Shown here: positions 56,086-64,000 of the stretch, in pieces
How positions within the stretch are numbered: the stretch's first letter is position 1
Layout of the letters: every line of letters begins with the position of its first letter
Source of the DNA: an uncultured Actinomycetota bacterium
GTDB lineage: Bacteria > Actinomycetota > Actinomycetes > Actinomycetales > Microbacteriaceae
NCBI GenBank assembly: GCA_963802485.1
Contig: CAWDJA010000030.1
Span: forward strand, 30,801 to 94,800
DNA length: 64,000 bases
Direction: 5' to 3'
Notes under the pieces: generated by a model
The model's input: only the letters and a program-made list of their open reading frames with translations
Database searches by the model: none
What the model was told of the DNA's origin: nothing
Made by a program: the position numbers and the translations under genes

Positions 56086-56916
56086 TGCTGAAGCAGGTTG
56101 CAGAGGGCGTGCTGGTCCACGAGAGCGAGTGCATCCAGAGCAATGCCGTCATCGTGGAGGGCGAAGCCGGCGTGCTGCTCATCGACCCCGGCATCACCCG
56201 CGACGAGATGGCGGCCATCGCGAACGACCTTCGCGAATCGGGCCAGCCCGTCGTGGCCGGCTTCGCGACGCATCCCGATTGGGACCACGTGCTCTGGCAC
56301 GCCGAACTCGGCGACGCGCCCCGTTACGGCACAGCCCGCTGCGCGGCTTCTCTCCGAGATCTGCTGTCCAACGCGGACTGGGAGGCCCGCGTGGCCGAGG
56401 GGTTGCCGCCGGAGTTCGCCGAGGAGATCCCGATGGATCTGCTCGGTCTCATCACCGGTCTGCCCGCCGAAACTGCGCAGGTTCCCTGGGATGGCCCCAA
56501 GGTCCGGATCCTCGAGCATCGGGCGCATGCCCCAGGCCATGCGGCGCTGTTGATCGAGGAGCGCGGAGTCCTCGTCGCCGGCGACATGCTTTCCGACGTC
56601 CTGATTCCGATGCTCGACCTGCAGGCCGCGAATCCGATCGAGGACTACCTCGCCGCACTGCGGTTGCTCGAGGGCGTGGCGGACGACGTCGATGTCGTCG
56701 TCCCCGGCCACGGGTCCGTCGGCGGCGCTGAGCAGGTGCGCGCGCGGATCGACCAGGATCGCGCCTACGTGCAAGCCCTGCGTGACGGCCAGCGTTCCCA
56801 GCGACCCGCGGATCGGCTCATCGGCCAAGCCCGGATGGGAATGGGTGAGCGACGTGCACGCCTGGCAACTGCAAAGCCTCGCCCAACGAAGCGAGGGCGA
56901 CGGGACGCCCGACTAG
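56085..56916 (+). CDS. MBL-fold metallo-hydrolase; frameshift near 56790
   Basis: LIDPG, THPDWDH, HAPGH, AGDML and PGHG motifs. Confidence 0.85.
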
Positions 56917-57000
56917 CGAGGGGAGCGGCGAACGAAGATGGAGGAGGTCACATCAGCCGCCGTTTGCACCTGTTGCAGAAATGCGAGTGGTGAGACACCA

Positions 57001-57028
57001 AACCGACATAATGTGCATTATCGGCGCC
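57001..57028 (-). other. dif-like XerC/XerD recombination site (actinobacterial type)
   Basis: Minus strand GGCGCCGATAA-TGCACA-TTATGTCGGTT, a 28-bp 11-6-11 structure close to the remembered actinobacterial dif (..CGCCGATAAT..ACATTATGTCAAGT). Non-coding, AT-richer context. Confidence 0.7.
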
Positions 57029-57103
57029 TCACCATGCCATGAGTTCCATCTGATGCGAGAGAACGTCGGATGGGACGCGTCGGACCAGCCGCCCGGCGCC
57101 CGG

Positions 57104-57562
57104 TCAGCGTGGCGGCACGGCGGCGCCGAGCGTCCGCGCCAGGATCGCCTTCAACGTGTCCAGATCCTCCGGCCCGACGGCCTGGAACAGTTCATCGGCG
57201 ACGCTCCTGGTGTGCAGTTGAGCCGTTCGAAGGGCGGCCTCTCCTCCGTCCGTGAGCCCGAGGATGGTGACCCTCCGGTCGGTCGTCGATGGCGTCCTGG
57301 AGAGGTGTCCGAGCCGCTCGAGATCATCGACCACGCGAACCATGCCGGTCTTGTCGCTGTTCATCCGCGCGACCAGGTCGCGCTGGGTCTCCACACCGTC
57401 GCGGATCAGGAACATCACTGCGACGTGCCTGCTGGTGAGGCTCATCGGTCTCAGCGCCGCGTTCAGTCTCTGGGTCGCCAGGGAATGGACTTGGTTGAGC
57501 AGGAGTCCGACCTCGATGGACACCGCTCCCCTGTCATCGCTCATGATCCGATTCTCTCCCAT
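57104..57562 (-). CDS. MarR-family transcriptional regulator
   Basis: TQRDLV...DKT.M..VVD.LE..G and DRRV...LT..G motifs. Confidence 0.9.
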   Translation of the reverse strand: MGENRIMSDDRGAVSIEVGLLLNQVHSLATQRLNAALRPMSLTSRHVAVMFLIRDGVETQRDLVARMNSDKTGMVRVVDDLERLGHLSRTPSTTDRRVTILGLTDGGEAALRTAQLHTRSVADELFQAVGPEDLDTLKAILARTLGAAVPPR

Positions 57563-57597
57563 TTAGATCCAGATGCAATTGATCCAAGCGGATCTAA
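57563..57597. promoter_or_regulatory. Inverted repeat, putative MarR operator
   Basis: TTAGATCC...GGATCTAA between marR and the divergent membrane protein gene. TAGGCT -10 downstream. Confidence 0.5.
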
Positions 57598-57614
57598 CAC
57601 GGTAGGCTCAGGAC

Positions 57615-58053
57615 ATGTCCTCTCTCGATGATGCGGCCCGCGACGGGCGGCGGTGGCCGGTACGGTTCCTGCAGATCTCACTGACGGTGACCGCGGTCCT
57701 CATGTTCGGTCAGGCCGTGCTGGCCGGCCTGTTCATGGGTGGCGCCCACTCGGCATTCGCATGGCACCGCGAGATGGCGACCGTGACGGGCATCGCGCTG
57801 ATGATCGCGATCGTGGCGGCCGTTCTGGCGACCCGCCTCGGGCGGGCACCGCGGTGGCTGATCGGCGCCACGGTCGGATTGCTGGCACTGATGTCGTTGC
57901 AGGCGTTCGCAGGGTTCCGTTCGCTGGCTGCGCTCCATGTTCCGCTGGGCGTCATCGTGATCCTGGTCGCGGTCGCGCTCGCCGTCTGGGCATGGCGGCC
58001 CCGGCCGCCCGCAGAGCGAAGCGTCGCGTCGCGTCAATCGCTCGAGCCCGTGA
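57615..58053 (+). CDS. Small 4-TM membrane protein (3' end uncertain; reads through into the hydrolase ORF)
   Basis: Q.VLAG, H...A and LHVPLG helices. Leaderless-type ATG. Confidence 0.6.
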
Positions 58054-58187
58054 GGTCCGCGGTAGTCGCGGCGCCTGCGGCGCTCCGACTCGCAGGGTCG
58101 ACGAACTCGAGGACGAGGTCTCCGCCTGCCCGACGGGGGTTCCACCAGATGCGACACGCCTGCGGGCGCACCGATATGGTGAGTGGT

Positions 58188-59079
58188 GTGGATCCACAGC
58201 CGGTCTCGGCCGATTTCGAGTCGGCCGGGGAGCGCATCGCCGCCACCGTCTACGGCCACGCGGCCGAACCGTGTCCCGCCGTGCTGATCTGCACGGGCTT
58301 CGGCGGTACACAGGACACCCCGTCGATCGTCGCCGCAGCCACGACCTTCGCCGCCGAGGGCTGGATCGCGATGACCTTCGATTACCGAAGCTTCGGCCTC
58401 AGCGGAGGAGAGCCTCGCCAGGTCGTCTCGGTTCGGCGCCAGCTTGCCGACATCCGTGCGGCGATCGCCTACCTGCGGTCTCGGCCCGAAGTCGACCCCG
58501 ACCGGGTGGCGTTGTGGGGCTCGTCCCTGGGCGGCGGACACGTCATCACGATCGCGGCCGAAGATGCGCAGATCGCAGGTGTCGTCGCACAGGTCCCGTT
58601 CAACGGGTTTCCCAAGGAGGCCGAAGGCAGATCGACGAAGGAGGCCTATGCGCTCTTCTGGACCGCGATCCGCGACCGCCTACGCGGGTGGTTCGGCCGA
58701 CCGCCCCTCTATGTCAAGGCCGTCGGAAGCGCGGGCGAGCGTGCCATCATGGTCAGCCCCGATGCCAACCGGACGATCGAAGCGCTCACGAGCGGCACAT
58801 GGCGCAACGAGGTCGCTCCGCGCGGCCTGCTCGACATGATGGCCTACAAACCCGGAACGAGCGCGCCTCGAGTACGGGCACCGCTGTTGGTGTGCATCGG
58901 CGAGTTCGACAGAGAGGCGCAAGGCCCCTTGACGGAGCCGCTCGCCCGCGATGCACCTGCGCGGAGAACTCCGAAGCTACCCGTTCGCACACTTCGACAT
59001 CTACCGCCCTGACGTCCGCGAGCGCGTGCTCGCCGATCAGGTCGTATTCCTCGAGCGGGCCTTCGCCGAACGCGTATAG
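58188..59079 (+). CDS. Alpha/beta hydrolase; frameshift near 58960
   Basis: FDYRSFGLSGGEPRQ and nucleophile elbow WGSSLGGG. C-terminal HFDIY in the shifted frame. TATGGT -10 upstream of the GTG. Confidence 0.82.
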
Positions 59080-59214
59080 GTGTGCGCACCGACGGCGCGA
59101 GGAACTCATGTGCCTCGAAACGAAGCTCTGCCGACCACGTCACATGAGCTGCCCATGGCTCCAACTGCGCCATTAGGACGGGAATCGTCCACAACGATCG
59201 CTAGCGTCGAAGCC

Positions 59215-60371
59215 ATGAACACCAAGACCACAGACATCCGAACATTTCGCATCGACATCCCGCAGGTCGAGCTGGATGCGCTGAACGACCGCTTGGCCCA
59301 TACGCGCTGGCCCGACGAGCTGCCTGGTGTCGGCTGGAGCTACGGCGTTCCCGTCAGCTACCTGAAGGAGTTGGCCGAGTACTGGCGGACCTCCTACGAC
59401 TGGCGCGCGTATGAGGCGAAACTCAACGCCTTTCCGCAGTTCACGACCACGATCGACGGGCAGAACATCCATTTCCTGCACGTCCGGTCGCCCGAACCCG
59501 AGGCGCTGCCGCTGATCATCACCCATGGGTGGCCGGGTTCGATCGTGGAGTTCATGGACATCATCGGGCCGCTCACCGATCCCCGCGCCCACGGTGGCGA
59601 CCCGGCCGATGCGTTCCACGTCATCGCCCCGTCCATCCCCGGCTTCGGATTCTCCGGCCCGACGCGAGAGACGGGATGGGACATGGCGCGGGTCGCCCGT
59701 GCGTGGGCGGAACTGATGAGCCGCCTCGGCTACGAGCGGTACGGCGCCCAAGGCGGTGACACCGGCTCCGTGATCTCACCGATGCTGGGCGGCATCGATT
59801 CCGAGCACGTCGTGGGCGTGCACGTCAATGGCGGCGCTCGGCTTCCCGACGGGAGATCCGGCCGAGCTGGCCGGCCTGAGCGAGGCCGAGCAGGCGCGGC
59901 TCGCGGGCATGCAACGGCAGATGGAGGACGGCACGGGGTACGCGATCATCCAGTCGACGCGGCCGCAGACGCTGGGGTTCGGGCTCGCCGACTCCCCCGC
60001 CGGACAGCTCGCCTGGATCGTCGAGAAGTTCAAGGAGTGGACCGATCCCGCGTTCGAGCTTCCCGAGGAGGCCGTCGATCGCGACCGTGATGCTCACCAA
60101 CGTCAGCGTCTACTGGCTCACCGGCACCGCCACGTCGTCGGCGCGGCTCTACAAGGAGGGGCGTGCGAGCTGGGGCCAACGGGCCAAGCGATCCGAGGTG
60201 CCTTCCGGTGTGGCGGTCTTCCCGGGCGACTTCGGGATCCGTGCCATCGCGGAACGAGAGAACAACGTCGTCCACTGGTCGGAGTTCGAGCGTGGCGGCC
60301 ACTTCGCCGCCATGGAGGTGCCGGAGCTCCTGGTCGGCGATGTGCGCACGTTCTTCCGCGGCATCCGCTGA
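59215..60371 (+). CDS. Microsomal-type epoxide hydrolase; frameshifts near 59835 and 60088
   Basis: [45 protein letters not shown] and GGHFAAME motifs. Confidence 0.9.
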
Positions 60372-60381
60372 CCCCTGGCGG

Positions 60382-62774
<2,393 letters not shown>

Positions 62775-62860
62775 CGTGTCTCCATCCGTCGTCCGGGCGG
62801 ACGTCGACGTCGCCATCGACGCGCCCCGCTCGATCTCACCAGCTTCGCGCAGACGACCGA

Positions 62861-63513
62861 TCAGTTCGAGGTGCCGAGGAGCTCCGCGGCGTAGCCCCAG
62901 CAGCCGGCATCCTCCCAGCGGTAGTCTGCCCCGCCCGGGCTGTCGCCGTAGAGCGCCAGCTCCCACGCGGCCCTCGCATCGCCGTCGAGGTAGGTCGGCA
63001 TCCCGCCGGGGGTGCCCACCCCGCTCCACCACTCCCAGTACAGGTACTCCTGGCCCACGCCGGCCATGCAGTCGCGCACGACCTGCTGGAACGCCAGCCA
63101 CTCCGCCTGCTCCGGAGTGAACGACGCGTCCTCGGCGCCAGTCGACTCGGGCGCGGGAACCGGATCGGGTTCGGGAGCCGGCGCGGCGTCGAGCGGCAGC
63201 GTCGCGTCGGGCGCCTCCGCCGGCGGTGTCGGCGGCCTCGAGCTCGCACCTGCATGGGAGTCGACGTCGGCGGAGACGCGGTCGGACGCAGCCGCCGCGT
63301 GTCGAGCGACCCCTCACCGATCTGCTCGGCATCCCGTTCGATGCTCGGCGCGCTCGCCGCCGCCGATATCCGCTCGACCGTTGCGGGCTGCGCCCCCGCG
63401 ACCGCTGCAACGATTCCGATGATGACCCCTGCACCAATGACGCCGCCGAGCCCTGCTCGCCACATCGCCGATCGCCGCATTCCTGCCTCCCCTTCGAGGG
63501 CCACGATGGCCAC
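62861..63513 (-). CDS. Hypothetical exported protein with Pro-rich linker; frameshift near 63260
   Basis: N-terminal hydrophobic helix, Pro/Ala linker, C-terminal VRDCMA..GQEY...DAGCWG domain. Confidence 0.55.
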
Positions 63514-63647
63514 GTCGACAGGGTAGTGATCGGGGGCTCCCGAGGAAAGAGGGATCGCCCTCTTGACGGAACACGCCGCCGCCGATATGCGTCGAGTCGC
63601 CCAGTTGCGCGAGCCGCGAACTTCCGGCGGCGCCGCGCTGTTCGGCG

Positions 63648-64000
63648 TCAGTCGGTGCGCTCGAGCTGGCCGATCTCCGCGCCGTCCTGGCCGAGGATGG
63701 TCATCGTCGATCCCGAGATCGTGGCCTGGCTGAGCTGATCGAGCCAGACGTCGACGTCAGGGCACGCCATTCGCGTCGAGGCGACGGAGCCGAAGTAGAC
63801 GATGTCGTCGTCCTTGAGCTCCCACGATCCCGACAGCTGGTTGCAGCCGTCGGTGCCGGTGAGCTCCCCGCCTTCGGCGAGCGTCAGCGACGGGGCATCC
63901 GCGTCGCTGGATTCCGCCCACGTGCCAACGGGGTCGATCGATCCGCCGCCTGAGGAGGTCGCGCAGCCACTGAGCGCGACGGCGGCCAGCACGGTGAGCG
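63648..64000 (-). CDS. META domain lipoprotein (5' end outside window)
   Basis: Lipobox LSGC, GTDGCN.L.G.W and STRMAC motifs. Confidence 0.85.
   Translation of the reverse strand, partial: LTVLAAVALSGCATSSGGGSIDPVGTWAESSDADAPSLTLAEGGELTGTDGCNQLSGSWELKDDDIVYFGSVASTRMACPDVDVWLDQLSQATISGSTMTILGQDGAEIGQLERTD

Noticed and set aside
56085-56916. Metallo-beta-lactamase as a true beta-lactam resistance gene
   Set aside because: No signal peptide and an atypical metal motif. Only the fold can be supported.

Overview
High-GC (roughly 70%+) actinobacterial chromosome segment. Gene content and synteny point to Microbacteriaceae, probably Agromyces-like. Positions 1-51.7 kb are mostly core genes: Nif3-like/zinc-ribbon genes with RNase P RNA, ppgK, map, panB, glnA2-glnE and glnA1 (with a double GlnR box), lipA/lipB, a degenerate Ser/Thr kinase-like gene, sucB-lpdA-pepA, PAC2, sigA, murT-gatD, convergent topo IV-like parE/parC, an IscA-type gene, ctaCDF, ctaE-qcrCAB, trpD, glpFK and dhaKLM. 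Positions ~51.8-63.5 kb are an accessory resistance/detoxification region: helR with its RAE palindrome, two DHFR/RibD-like genes, HxlR, MarR, an MBL-fold hydrolase, an alpha/beta hydrolase, an epoxide hydrolase and a DrrC-like UvrA. An actinobacterial dif-like site lies inside that region. More than 20 small frameshifts, several in essential genes, are best read as long-read assembly errors. Main leads: (1) a strongly iterated 9-mer GCGGCATCC/GGATGCCGC that behaves like a DNA-uptake or HIP-type signal; (2) the dif-like site in the accessory region; (3) the RAE built as two symmetric divergent promoters; (4) a structured sigA leader; (5) a membrane pseudokinase; (6) a GatD lacking its catalytic Cys. 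All counts and alignments were done by eye.
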